Assembly: GCF_000497125.1 (NCBI RefSeq)
Contig: NC_090598.1
Coordinates: forward strand, 558,001-622,000
Direction: 5' to 3'
DNA: 64,000 nt
From: Spironucleus salmonicida
Taxonomy: Eukaryota
The notes under the pieces were generated by a model. The model was not told where the DNA came from. It worked only from the letters and a program-made list of their open reading frames with translations, and made no database searches. How positions within the stretch are numbered: the first letter of the stretch is position 1; every line of letters begins with the position of its first letter. A program made the position numbers and the translations under genes. Positions 50,484 through 63,215 of the stretch are shown one piece after another.

Positions 50484-50933
50484 ATGCCGTTCTCCTTCAC
50501 CAGTCCGCATTTACCCGCACTTCAGCGCCCGGTATACTTTAGGCAAGTGTGCAGGACGGAGTACTAATATTACCTTCAGTCCCCTTTCCTCAAGGAGAGA
50601 GACTAAGAATACTTCTGTAAGCAACAAGTGGAACTCGACAGGCAGAAAAGAATTCAGGCCAAACACTCTTTAGAGCAAATACGAGCGCGAGAGGGCAATC
50701 CCTTGCTGGGGTTTCCCCAGGAGCCGTCGTACCGTTCGCTCCACGAATACTATTTAGCCAACACGAATATTACCAAAGAGCAAGTGCAGGCCAAGTACGA
50801 GCAGCCAGGGTTCGGGAGATCCTTTCGGCGGAACTTTATGCTGCTGAAGCGAGAGGTGGTGACATCTGAATCTATCAGGCTAAACAAGAAATCAAAGAAA
50901 AGGATTATAATGACACTAGAAGAGAACGAATGA
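50484..50933 (+). CDS. Hypothetical protein, 149 aa (mirror of 40313-40762)
   Basis: Open frame under the Gln code. Confidence 0.65.
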
Positions 50934-51283
50934 GCCGTCACTTACCAAATTGACTGCATTCTCAATCAATTCAGCGCACGGCATTTTCCATATAGCTCAC
51001 TGCCCTCAACGCCTCCAAATTTCGCTGAGAACTGCTCCGCCAGCACCGGGTTTAGGCTAGGATTGGCCGCCTGTGCCGCGTACAAGGCCCGCAGACATGC
51101 TATGGCGCACTCCCGCCGCCGGCGTATTTTAAGAGATTCGTTAGCGGGGGCTTTACCCTTTTGGAGACTTTCTAGGCACTCATTTTGTGCAATGCGTCCA
51201 AATATCGTTTGCTATATGCTACAGCACTAATTGGTGGAGATTATGCATTCGTACGCGTATTTCATCCCTTCCACATTTTAAAA

Positions 51284-52363
51284 ATGCTTTCCCTGGCATA
51301 CGAAATCTCAGAATCCAGCACCGCGATTTTCGTAGTAGTCGCGCTGCCCCCACAGCTGCCGCCGACGGACATCGAGATCACGCTCACGGACTCCTACCTC
51401 TCGCTGATCGCGCCCTCGCACCAGCTCGTGCTGGACTTCGCGCACCGCGTTTCGCCCCAAAACTCGGTATGCAGGGCCAAGAAGCAGCAACTGAGGCTCG
51501 AGATCCAGAAGGGCGCGGACGGGAGCTGGGGCGAAATCGTCCGGCACCTCGCGCAGAGCGAGCAGCTCGCGGTCAGGAACGCCGCGTTCCAGCGCCTGCA
51601 GCTGCAGAACCAGCAGCTGGCGCGCGAATCGAACGACATCAAGGCCCAGGCATAGCACGAGGCCGAGGAGAAGCAGATGCTCGGTAGGCAGCAGGAGCGC
51701 AACGAAATGCGCCTCCTGAAGTAGCGCCAAATCGACGACGCGAAGCGCATTCTGACATCGAATTTCGACCCCAAAACTGCTGCTATATAGCAGCTCCCAG
51801 AGCCGCGAAATTCGAACACCGTAAGCCTCACGGCGACCTTCACGAAGCGCAAGTACGCCGTCCCGGCGCGCGACAATCGCGACATGTACTTTGACGACCA
51901 AACAGGGCCGATAATTCCGGATATCAAGTCGCAGCCGGTCCAGATCATGCTCAAACAGGCCAAGAACTACGCCAACAGGCCGACACCGGAGTTCGAGTCC
52001 GCGCTCGATTTGTGCGCGCAGATCATCCAAAAGGCGCCGCTTTTCATGGACGCGACGGTTTTCATGTCCCAAATTTACCTCCGGAAGGGCCAATTCGACG
52101 ACTCGCTGATTCTGACGTCGCAGATGATGAAAATCGTCGAAAATAAGCACGAAATTCAGCTCGAACAGGGCAAATCGAGCACTTTTTCGCGGGAGCTGCA
52201 GAGCAAAATACACGCTATGCACGCTGCGAGCCTCTGCGGCGGCGGGAAGGTCAGAGAGGGCCTGAAATATATGGAGAGCGCGAGCCAGCTGAACAAGACG
52301 AGTAGGGGGCTTCTGAGGGACGTTGAGGTCATGAGGAGAGTGGTGGGTCTGGTCAATTAGTGA
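51284..52363 (+). CDS. DNAAF4: DNAAF4 (DYX1C1/PF23)-like (copy 2)
   Basis: Mirror of 38883-39962. Confidence 0.75.
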
Positions 52364-52476
52364 AATTAACTGGTTTGTGCGAGATTAGATCGTATTGGGT
52401 TATTTGTGTCTTAAAAAGTAAATATTATTATTGTATAATATGTGATAACCTAGCTTTATTCATTTCTTAAATCAGA

Positions 52477-53232
52477 ATGGACTACGAGGCTGACATGCTC
52501 AAAACGCTACAGTTCTTGCAGAAATCGCGTCAGGACTCCGCACTGCTCTAAGTTATTATCAGCAGCTAGAAAAACCTCTCGTCGGCGATTTCTGCGCTGC
52601 AGCCTCACATCAAATCGCATAAGGAAGCCTACAGAGTGCAGAAAGCAGTTTTCTGCTTTAACGACATCAGCACACAGCAGCTTATTGTGTTCCACAAGGA
52701 TCTGGACTACTTTATCAGAACCTCTGAGGCGGTACTGCAGAAGTACCGCCGGCAGCTGGCGAGCACCGAGCAGGCCGTTCGCAAGGCCCTCTTCCGCATC
52801 GAAACTGGCGTTCTTATCCAGTAGAAACTGGTAGCTCGCATTGCCTTCTTACCGTGCTCCGTCGCGGTTGCCGTGTAGGGCAAGTTTTCAGTTCTTGATA
52901 TCCGCACGCAGCAGCTCCGCAAGGACTTGGAGACGCTGTTGCAGCGGCGTCAGTTCGAGCATCTGCAGTTCACGGACCAACGCGTGGTCGTGCAGCTACA
53001 GGCGGCGGCGCGAGCGCGCGATTTGGTGCTGTTACTGACTGCGGGGAACTACCTCGCGCAGGTGGTAAGCGAGCTGAACGCCGTGCACGTGGCGTGGAAG
53101 GACGTCAGCCCGTACCGCCGGGCGGAGGAGCTTGCGCGCGGGGACGTCGCGGAGCAGACTTAGCGCGAGGCGTTCCCGGACGAGAGCGGGCGCAGTGCGG
53201 ACAATGAAGAGGAGGCTTCATTACTGGAGTGA
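52477..53232 (+). CDS. Hypothetical protein, 251 aa (mirror of 38013-38768)
   Basis: TCATTTC upstream; GAG-TGA end. Confidence 0.75.
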
Positions 53233-53572
53233 GACCTGTTTGCGGTTAAGGGCGCTTTCAGTGTGCATTTAGACAATTTTCAGGATCAGACTGGATGAAA
53301 TATCTGGATGGAATCTTCGCACGACAGGGACGTCAGTTTGAAGAAGTATGATGGTCAGTGCCAGGATTTTACTGGCTTGCGGGCGCATGCTCTTGGCTGT
53401 CGTTGGGCATTTATGCTGAAAGACCACCCGCCGTCTTTTGGAAAAACATGTTAGGTTTCTAGTTTGTGTAGTAGACAATACTAGACATTAATATGCAAAA
53501 TTATATTTCCATTTTAATAATGAAAAAATATTGCACAGCTAATAGAAGATATGAATATATTTATCTGCAGAA

Positions 53573-53998
53573 ATGAAGAAAAACTCTGCAATAGATTATG
53601 CGTTTAACTAGGAGTCAAAGTTTATAGCCAACATCTAAAAAATACACCAAATTGATACTTCGAAATTCACATGCGACTACCCCTTGGTACTATTTCCGAT
53701 ATAAGAAATTCAAATCGAGAAACAGGCCATACGGAATAAACTTGAAAATGTAAAGATTCAACGTCTTAAAACACAGCAAATTCACCAATTTTTGCAATAA
53801 AACTAGTGCGAACCATTATCAGACAAAGAGTTGATATCTGTAGAAAAAGCTGCGCATAAACTTACGTAAAATAGACTATTAAACTCTCATTCTAGTCTCA
53901 AGAGAAACACTTCATACTCATCCATTGTAAGATCCTAGAATGCAAGGAAAAATTCTTATGATAATCTATAAGACTTGAAGATTTTTGGAAGATAGTGA
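53573..53998 (+). CDS. Hypothetical protein, 141 aa (mirror of 37247-37672)
   Basis: Fully read open frame; TAG-TGA end. Confidence 0.85.
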
Positions 53999-54035
53999 AT
54001 ACGCATTTTATAGTTAAACCAAGCCCACAATCGGA

Positions 54036-54353
54036 TCACCAGCAGTAACACATCTGGCAGACCGTTAAACAGTTATAATGAAGGGCACTGAATAACATCG
54101 CTGTCCAGTGAGGTTTACGTCGCACTTGTCTATCTTACGGGCCGTAGTGGGCGACGCAACAGAGACCCAATCCCAGGAAGGTAGCTGTGCAGCATCCGGC
54201 GCATCTGTGGCATGGGTAGAACTGGAGTACCAGGCATCTGCAGTCGATGTGTGCACGTAGATAGAATGAAACTCCTGCACCTTCTGGATTTCGACTACCT
54301 CGTTTGATACGCCTATGGGGCAAACCCTAGCCAGGGTCTTATGGCGTATTCAT
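54036..54353 (-). pseudogene. Degenerate Cys-rich paralog (mirror of 36892-37209)
   Basis: Reverse complement of the left-arm copy. Confidence 0.7.
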
Positions 54354-54709
54354 AAGTTCGGATTGGCCTACTTATAGCGCATCTTATATTCAGCGATTAT
54401 TTATTTATCATTGCAGATTATGCTAATCATTCTAGTAAAAAAGGGGACATACTTGGCTATTCTATCTGCAGCATGTAGAATGAATATTGTGTGCGGTATA
54501 GTATTATATACTGCGGGATTAAATAAACTAAAACTGCGCCACATAATATATCTATACTATACGGTAGCCTGTACATATTCCCAGCCGGCTTGTCGTAAAA
54601 TATCCAGAGGCTCAAACGCTAAATGGCTGCGTATGCGGGGCAGCCCACGCATGCGAGGGTCCTCCAGCCGATCACACCACTTAGCATATAATATACGCCG
54701 CACCGCAGA

Positions 54710-55725
54710 ATGAAGCGCAACCTATCCGCTAGCACCAAGCCCACCCCGCACGACCCACGGCAGCTAGACGCCCTCCTCCGCAGCGCGGCAGGTGCGCTCC
54801 AGCAGGCGGCTGGCTAGAACGCGCACCTGCGACAAGAGATCCAGCGGCTCAGCGGCGGCCCGCAGCAGACCCGGGGCGACACGCTGCGCCAGCTCCGGGG
54901 GCAGACCATCCTCCATCAGCAGCGCGAATACGAAGTATAGGAGAAGATGCACCTCCTCCAGGCCCAGCAGGGCGAGGTCTTCGCTCTCGAGACCGCCGTC
55001 GAGGCCCGTCTGGAGGCCCTAAACGAGGAGGGGTGCGCCGAGCTGGAGGCGCTGCGTGCCGAGTACCGCGCCACTTCAGCGATCCTGGAAACCGTGAACA
55101 CCCAGATCGAGGCCCTCGCCGCGACCAGTGCGCAGACCATGCAGCTGTCCGCGGAGTTCGAGACGCAGCATGAGCACGAACTGCTCCAGAACCAGGAGCT
55201 GCAACAGCGGACCTCCCGCATCGCCCAGGACCTGCACTCAGCCCAGCGACGCCGCGCGGCCTTCGTGGCCAGGCAGCAGGTCCTAGCGCAGCAGGTGACG
55301 GACACCCAGACCGCAGTGGAGAAGGAACGCACTAATGCAGCCTCGTAGCTGCGCCAGATGGATGAGCTTGCGGCATACGACAAGGTGCGGACCATCATGC
55401 TCGAAAACGGCACGCAGCACGCCCTGGAGCAGATCCAGCGCTGCAGCTGGAGCATATCGCTGTCTGCGAGGAGGTCCAGGCGAAGGTCGCCCAAAACGAG
55501 GATCTGCGCGCGGTGATCGACTCCTAGGCAGATGCCAGGGCGCGCATCGCTCACCAGATCCGGCAGGAACAGGAGCGCGGAGAGTCCCTCCAGCGGCAGC
55601 AGGAGGAGCTGGAGCGCCGCACACGGGCCTTCTGCGAGGGCATTCTGGGGCGGCCGGTCCGGGAAGGGGACGACCTGGAGCGCGCGCTGGAGCAGGCGAT
55701 GGGGGAGCTCGCCAGCAGCCAGTGA
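54710..55725 (+). pseudogene. Frameshifted copy of the 338 aa coiled-coil gene
   Basis: 1-bp deletion near 55444 (CGC TGC AGC vs CGC TGC CAG) brings TGA 55514-55516 into frame. Confidence 0.65.
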
Positions 55726-56299
55726 GCTTTGGAGCTGAGCATGGAGAGTGTGAACTCCCTCTAGCATGGCTTGGACTTGGCCCGTTTCGCTCATTTTTGG
55801 TGCTCGGAGCAATCGCACCGAAATTCAACCGGACAGCTTCTGGAAGTTCCACCGTCAAGGCCCATGCGAATTTTGATTTTACGATACGAAAGTCTCTTAA
55901 TTTGGCGTTCCCAGTAAGGCAAAAGCACTCATTCTGAATCTTGAAATACCGACAACTGAAATTACGATTTCAGCAGAAACTGTACTTTCAGGCAACGGAA
56001 TTAGTTGCGAAATGCGGACCAGGCGATTCTAAACTTTTTTTGCGCTAGCATAACGAGCTGGAATTTGTAGCAACATTAAGTATCTCCAATTTAGGGCAAG
56101 CTGTTTAATGTTGATTTGTTAAATCTTCAGCAATATTCTTATAAACAATTAAAATTAATTAGAGGAAAATGATTGAATATTGTTACCTATTTAAAATATA
56201 TGAGATTATAATTATAATAAATAATAGTTCATTCGAGTAATTATAGTTTTTTAAATGTATGAATGGTAAAATATACTTAATTTTCGTATATTATTATGG

Positions 56300-56962
56300 T
56301 CACTAGATAACTTCGTATTCAAAACCTTATTCAACAAAATCAAACACTTTTCTTAGTAATAAAGCTAATATTACCTCCTCGCAACTCACTCCCTCAGGTT
56401 ACATTTTTAGGTCCATTTTGATTGATAAAAACTACATTTAAGATTCTAAATTTGTACAATAGCCTAACAAAATGGTAAGCAGTTTATATCTTTTTATAAC
56501 TTCTAAAACGTCCAATTATGGAAAATCATGATCCAAAAAAGGTTTATAAGCAAAACTTTAACTAGCAATAAGGCTTAGAAGTTATTTTAAGGGAGGTGAT
56601 GGAGTAAAATTTATATCATCAAAACGATTAGTAAATACCACGTCTGTAACATACATTTTATGTTTAATGCATTTTTAGACTGTTTTTTCTAATTTTTAAG
56701 ATCTGTCAAATTTAGCATTATTTCCTCGAATTTATAGCGTTGATGCTAAATTTTCTATACCTCTTGAAATTAAAAGATTAATTTGAGACAAAGGCAAATA
56801 ATTATCTTTTACCTCAAGAATAACAAATTTTATTTTATTTTCGAGGTATAAGTCATAAATAGCACATAGAGGTTAAATAAATGGATTAGGTGATAAATTG
56901 TAAAGGATCTACGTGAGTGATGGTATATTTTTAATTGGTAAGGCAGTATCAATGATGTTCAT
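56300..56962 (-). CDS. Hypothetical protein, 220 aa
   Basis: ATG..TAG-TGA in frame. Confidence 0.7.
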
Positions 56963-57073
56963 TTTATCATATTCTAAATATAATATTAAACAGATATTAT
57001 TAGATAAAAGGAAGAAAAAATATATATAATATATCATAATGAAAAACTATTATAAACAATTAATCGCCTAAAA

Positions 57074-58255
57074 ATGGATTATAATTCTATGTTAGATAAG
57101 TTCTCGAAATAATAGCTTGACGAGCGGCTAATTTATCTAAAAGATACAAAACCTGAAATAATAACTCCACAATTAAATTAACTTGACCAGTATGGCTTTA
57201 TTTAGTCTAATTCTAAATCGAAATAATCATAGATATATTATTCTACTTTAAATGTATAAGATATTCAATCTTCTCACAATAGTGATAAAAAGGTTTAGCA
57301 CTACTTGAATACATATAAAAAGCTATCTGCAAGTAAATAATATGATTTATTAAAACAAATCTGCAGAAATGGAATTCCAAATAACTATAGAAACTTTTTC
57401 TGGCAACAGGCTTTACATTCTTTTCCATCCGATAACGAAACTATAGAATCTAGGGAGTAGGTCTACTCTGAACTTTTAGGATAAGGAATTGAAGATATTG
57501 TTATAATATAAATCAATAAAGATATAGATAGAACTATGCCATCAATTCAATATTTTTACAATCCATCTATGTTATAAGCTCTTTTTAGGGTGTTAAAAGC
57601 ATATGCATCATATAATATATAGATTTCATATTGTTAGGGTATGGGTTTTATAGCTGCAATTTTTATTTATTATATGACTGAAATTGACTCATTTTATGCT
57701 TTTAAAGTTTTTATGGACAAATTTAATGATATGTATAGGAGAGATATGAAGGGGACACACATTAGATGCGAAGTATTTGAAAAGTTGATATAAAAATTAT
57801 TTCCTACCGCTTTCAAAGCAATATAGAAAAATTAGATAAATTTTTTATTTGCTGCCCCATGGTTTATGACTTTATTTTCATATTCTTTGCCTTTTCCTGT
57901 TCTTTTACGTGTGCTTGATATGATATTTTGTGAGGGGGAAAAAGCACTGTTTAGAGCAGCAATTGCATTAATTTAATAAGCTTCATATGGATTAGTTTTT
58001 CATCTACCGAAAAATGTTAGCTTTAATTCAGATAATCATTCAGAATTGTTTGACAAATTTCGAAAGAATGCGGGTCCTTAACACGATAATATTAGTATTA
58101 TTAATATGCCTGAAATAGATTGCAGACTTGCTTTGTAAGGTATAGGTTCTGGAATTAAAAATTAAAACTAGTTTATTTAATCTTGTTTAAAAATAAAATT
58201 TAAAAGTTGTTATCTATAATAATTAATAGATGAGGCAAAGCAAAATTTCAAGTGA
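57074..58255 (+). CDS. TBC-domain Rab GTPase-activating protein, 393 aa
   Basis: GIPNNYRNFFW, QINKDIDRT (R finger), YCQGMGFIAA (Q finger), APWFMTLF, LLRVLDMIFCEG. Confidence 0.94.
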
Positions 58256-58266
58256 TCAAATATAAT

Positions 58267-58920
58267 TCACATCTAATTATTATTTTCTTAATCTACTAGA
58301 AATTATTTAATAAACATTTCATTTTGCTGTAAAATTGCAATATTTTCTAAATGATCATCAATTAGCTAAGAAATATACTCTAATCGTTCTTCTTCATAAT
58401 TTAATTCTTCAATACTACTCTTTATCTTACATTTCTGGCTCATTGCTAATGCAAATGGCGCAACTGTAAATTCTGATGATTATCTTTATCGGTCAATTGT
58501 TTTACTTTTTCTTATAGATGACTTCCGTTCTGTAAAAGATGGAGCTTATAATAATTTTGTTATTTTACAATTGTTAGACTAATTTTAATCAGAATCACAA
58601 AGTATTAACCTCTCTTTTACAGGCAATTATTACTAGATTTAATCTGACGATTGGGGTTCAAACGTTTTATCAAACGTTAACAGCACGGTTGCTGGAATTG
58701 CAGAAACATTTGATTATGATAATTTTTTATCGCTAGATCGTGTTTCACAGTATGTATTTAAGGTTTATTAAAATAGTTAAAAATCGATGTTACGTCCTTA
58801 TTCATCATCTGAATAATCATATGAACTTTCCTTTGAAATAAGTATTTATGGTAACTTTTAGTTAATATCATATTTCTTTTGGCTTTTTACCACCCCTAAA
58901 ATACCTTAGTGCACTTTCAT
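58267..58920 (-). CDS. Hypothetical protein, 217 aa
   Basis: Open frame under the Gln code. Confidence 0.7.
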
Positions 58921-59438
58921 ATTGGAAAGTAGAATAATAATATTACATATATACTTTTTATTATTTTAATTCTACTGATGACAGTATACATGTAAAAATA
59001 TTTAATATCAGTTTTATTCTAAATAAATGGGTTTTAAACATATACAGGAAAATGTAAAACCTTACTTATTAGGTATTATAGATTTTAAGTAGATTAGTGA
59101 TATCTTTATCTTCCAACTTTTTAATACAATATATTAATTGCCGTAACCTAATTTAGAAAAATTATGTTAATGTTTTAAAAATGAAATATATAGTTTTATT
59201 AGATTGATTCGTATTGGTTTAGTAAAATCCTTCTATCTAGTAATATTATATTTAAATAATAATACTAAGAATGTATAAATTGTAGAATTTACATTACAAT
59301 TACAGTGTACTATTTTTGAACATTAAGTCATATATCAAAAATGAAACACATAGCCATCATATTTACTTAACAGTTAAACTGGTTATCAGGAAAAATTAGA
59401 TTTACTCAATCCTAAGCTAACCTTCCTTCGTTTTTATC

Positions 59439-59636
59439 ATGTCAAAGCAGAAAAATAATTTAAAGTTAAAAAGTATGCCACTATCTCCATCTGCTCAAGT
59501 AGGCAGACCAAAACTGGGCATGAATAAATCCAGAAATAGGAATTTAGTAAGATTATTACTGCTTTGTGAATTGAAATAACATAAATTAACAATAAAATAG
59601 TGCAAAATACAATCACTATTGTTGCAGATACTATGA
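59439..59636 (+). CDS. Possible small basic protein with GRPK (AT-hook-like) motif, 65 aa
   Basis: Short ORF after a pyrimidine-rich stretch; weak support. Confidence 0.3.
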
Positions 59637-60314
59637 AAATTAACTAATTATTTTAAGATTTTGCTCAAATATAGATTTTTTAAAATAATATGATATTAAT
59701 TAAATAAATACGAAATCTTTAGAAAAGTATGGCTATATAAATACTATTATTATATTTATTATTAAATATTTAATATAAGTTAAACAATAAATAGCATCAA
59801 ATACTAATTCAGACTTCTTAAATAAACTGTTTAAGTAGTGAAAACCAACTTAATTTTCAGAACATGTTATGACAGGCAATAGTAAAAATCATATTTTGAA
59901 TTTAATAAAAAATTTAAAATTCAACGAGAAGTAACATCGTATTTTGGATATGGCAGGATAGTTAAGAAAAATATTAAAAATTCGGTGACATATTGTATTT
60001 TACCTTATTTAGTAGTAATTGAATAAAACTTATTGATATTCAAACTAAATGAGAATTATATTTTTAAAATATTTTCATAGCTACTACCTCGGAGCATTAT
60101 CAAAACCTGTGAATAGTCAAAATTATTAATAATTTTATAATTCATATCAATACCGTCATACCATAATTAACATTTTCTCAGAACGCTAACTCATTACGCA
60201 TAGTCTTTGAATTTCGGCATCGAAATTTTTACCAATAATAATTATATGATATATAAGCCAACATTCAACACTTTGGAATTAGATTAAAATCTAGCTCCCA
60301 ACTCACTCGCCAGC

Positions 60315-61394
60315 TCATCCCATAATGTCCGCAAATCCATCGATTCCGACGATCCCAAATTCGCACACGATCCCACTGATATTTTGGTGCTCTAAAATTC
60401 CGAAAACGAAGTCCAAATTGCTGCCTTCAGAAACCGCATTTCGGACCGTCGAATCCAACAAAATTTGGCACGAAAATTTCAGTTTTTCGCACACCAAAAA
60501 TGAAGGAATTTTGTATTTTGCGCACATCTGCGATATGTACTGAATCTGTGAAGAAACCAGCGCATTTCCTGTGTTGGAAAGCTCGAAACAGTTGAAGAAA
60601 AACTTCGAAATTTGAGTAAAAGGAATGGAGTGAAGTTAGCATTATTATATAGTAATATTAGGAATATTTTGTAACAGCTACTTGGCCTGGTTCGGAATTT
60701 TATCGGTCAAAATAACGTTAAATGTGGTTTTCTTGGCTGCAACAATGATTGCGCGGAAGATGAGCTGGCTTTCGCTCGAAATGAGGATTGTGCAGTTTGG
60801 TTCAATCAGCTTGATCAAGTGCTTGTAAATCACATTTTCAGCGTCAATGATGTTAAAATTGATGTAGTTTCTGCAGAAATTTGTTAGCTGCGTTTGGTTT
60901 TCGAGCTTTTCGAGCTTAAAAAAATCGAGAAAATGCGAGAAACAGCGCGGGATGAAGCCGTAAAACTCTGAAATAATTTTGGTGTACAGTAGCGTTATCG
61001 ATGTGATGTCTATCTCGGTGAAAGAGTCCGATTCTGAACGAGAGGTATCTTCGTTGCGTTAAAACTATGAAAAATGCTCCTTAACGGCTCTGACAAGTTG
61101 AATAATTCGCAGATTGATACCTGCAGAGTTATTGGAAAGCATGTCGATGAAACGTCGGCCTTCCATGTTGAAAGGCTATAGGTTACCTTAATAAGGCAAG
61201 TACATCTGGTTTGGCTCTACCTAATATCCTAGGTAAACTGTATGTGGAATAGATGGGTTTTAAGATGCTATTAGATGTTCAAATCCGGGAATCTCACATT
61301 TTGGAAAATTAAATACTTTTTACGTTTTTGATATCTCAAATGAGTGTGTCTCAACTAAATTTACATCTTCTGTATTAAAGATAGAGTCGTCCAT
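60315..61394 (-). CDS. Translation initiation factor eIF2B regulatory subunit, most like delta, 359 aa
   Basis: LIEPNCTIL, YKIPSFLVCEKLKFSCQILLDSTVRN, ISGIVCEFG. Confidence 0.78.
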
Positions 61395-61483
61395 TTTAAT
61401 AAAGTGAAAACAAAGAAGCAATTATGTATAATTTATATAATAAAAAAGTAAAATAATTGGAATCTATTACATATAGGATAAAA

Positions 61484-61798
61484 TCATTCTAATATATTTG
61501 TGAGACTTCTATATCTCTTTTTCAATAAAACTCTTCTGTAATGTTAAGATACTTCAGGGCCAGTCCTCTTATGAACTAAAGTTTAATTATGCAATAATTT
61601 GGCAACTTATTCCCAAGAAATATTTGTATTATTTTAGAGAATACAAAGAATAATACTGTCTTCGTCCTATGTGAACTTCTTATACTTTTTAGAAGGTTCT
61701 ATTTGCTGAAAAGACTCTGATCTGTTCAACTATATGGATAAATTCTCTGAGGTAATGTCAACTTCGCAAAGAATCGACAGATATTCATAGTCTATCAT
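61484..61798 (-). CDS. Single Myb-domain protein, 104 aa
   Basis: KKFTQDEDSIIL..ISWEQVAKLL..KRTGPEVSQHYRRVL. Confidence 0.85.
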
Positions 61799-62306
61799 TT
61801 TCAATGAATAGTGATAATGATATACATAATAGTAAATAACTAAATTATGAAAAAAAATGATGTTTTTTATAAACTAACATATTAATTTTTAGTATATTAT
61901 ATTTATATTATAAGAAAGCTAGGAATCAAATCGTAAACACTTTAATTAATATATATCCATAATATTCAAAATATATATGAAGAACAATACAAATCTAGTA
62001 TTTACTGTTGTTTGTTATTTATTACGAAATTAACATAATTAATAATAGTTACGTAATTAGTATAAAAATGTAATTAATTACTTTAACTATTGCAGAAACT
62101 AGTACTACACATACCCATCTCTAAATTCATACTATAGTATATTTTGTACTTCGGAAAACTTTATATATATGATTTTTATTAATATATTATTACAATCTAT
62201 TTTTGGTTGTTGTAATAAATACCAGTATAATATTTTACTCTAATACTAATTATCATATGATTTTAAATAAATTTGAAATTGATATTATTTATTTCCTTTC
62301 CCCATA

Positions 62307-63215
62307 ATGACATTTTTTACGCCTGAAAAGATTTAGCAAGTTAACGACAGATTTGCAAAAACATTCACTGAAACCATCGTAATCGGGCCCTCACTTCTCA
62401 TCCAGCTCCCCGAGGAAGACAAGCTCTCCGTTCAGTACCAAATAATCAAATTTTATACGTCCAGAAATGTAGACAAACACTTGATTCGCGTCCTGGGCGA
62501 GCACGGGATCGTAGCAATCTACAGTTTCCCATACCTTTCGAAGCTGCAGCACTAAATCCCTTCCATAACACCAATTGTGCACGAGGACTACCCACACCGG
62601 CCCCCGTTTTCGACCGAGAACGCGCAGATCTTTGACAAACTGGACCTGGTGCGGCCGCTGCCAGTGAAAATCGACCCCCCGAACTCCGGGATGTCCCATG
62701 GCGCGTTCTTCGCAGAAATGCAGCACTCGATGAAGAACTTCGCCAGCGACGCCACAGTAATCGATTTCGAGGCGTTTGCGACCATGCCGCAGCCAATTCC
62801 GTCCGAAGTTGGCGCTGTGCGCATCAGAAACGGCGAAATAACGCGTTTCCACGGCTTTTTCGCGCCCCTGGAAAACGCAGCAGCCCACCCGCATGCCCAG
62901 GAAACTTTTGAGCTCACGTCCATTCCTCTCCTTATATCACCAAATTTGCCTTATATCACATGCTAATAATTGCTAAAATTTGTAGAAAATTCTACAATTT
63001 TTGCAAAAAATTTCGACCTCGAAAAGCGGCTTTTGACAAAGTTTTGCGGCCGGAAAGTCCGCGTTTTCGAGGTCCAGCCGCTCCTTTTCGCGCTGGATTT
63101 GGCGAAAGTGGAGGGGCAGCGCTGCGCGTTTCACAGCAGCGCACCGGGGCACTGCGCGCTGCAGGACGCGAGCGCGTGGGCGAACTTCGCCCCGTCGACG
63201 ACTGCGAGCGTCTGA
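62307..63215 (+). CDS. DEDDh-fold nuclease with Maelstrom-type ECHC motif, 302 aa
   Basis: VIDFEAF, PIPSEVGAVRI, FHGFFAP, LTSIP, AKNFDLE, CAFH-x5-HCALQDA; supplied ORFs 62577 and 62970 join via TAA TAA. Confidence 0.78.

Larger units (their letters stand above)
48128..56109 (-). repeat. Inverted repeat IR2, right arm
   Basis: Reverse complement of 35135-43117. Confidence 0.97.

Noticed and set aside
35135-56109. IR2 or IR1 as terminal inverted repeats of a transposon, Polinton or composite element
   Set aside because: Arms hold ordinary host genes and cut genes mid-CDS; no transposase, integrase, polymerase or target-site duplication recognised
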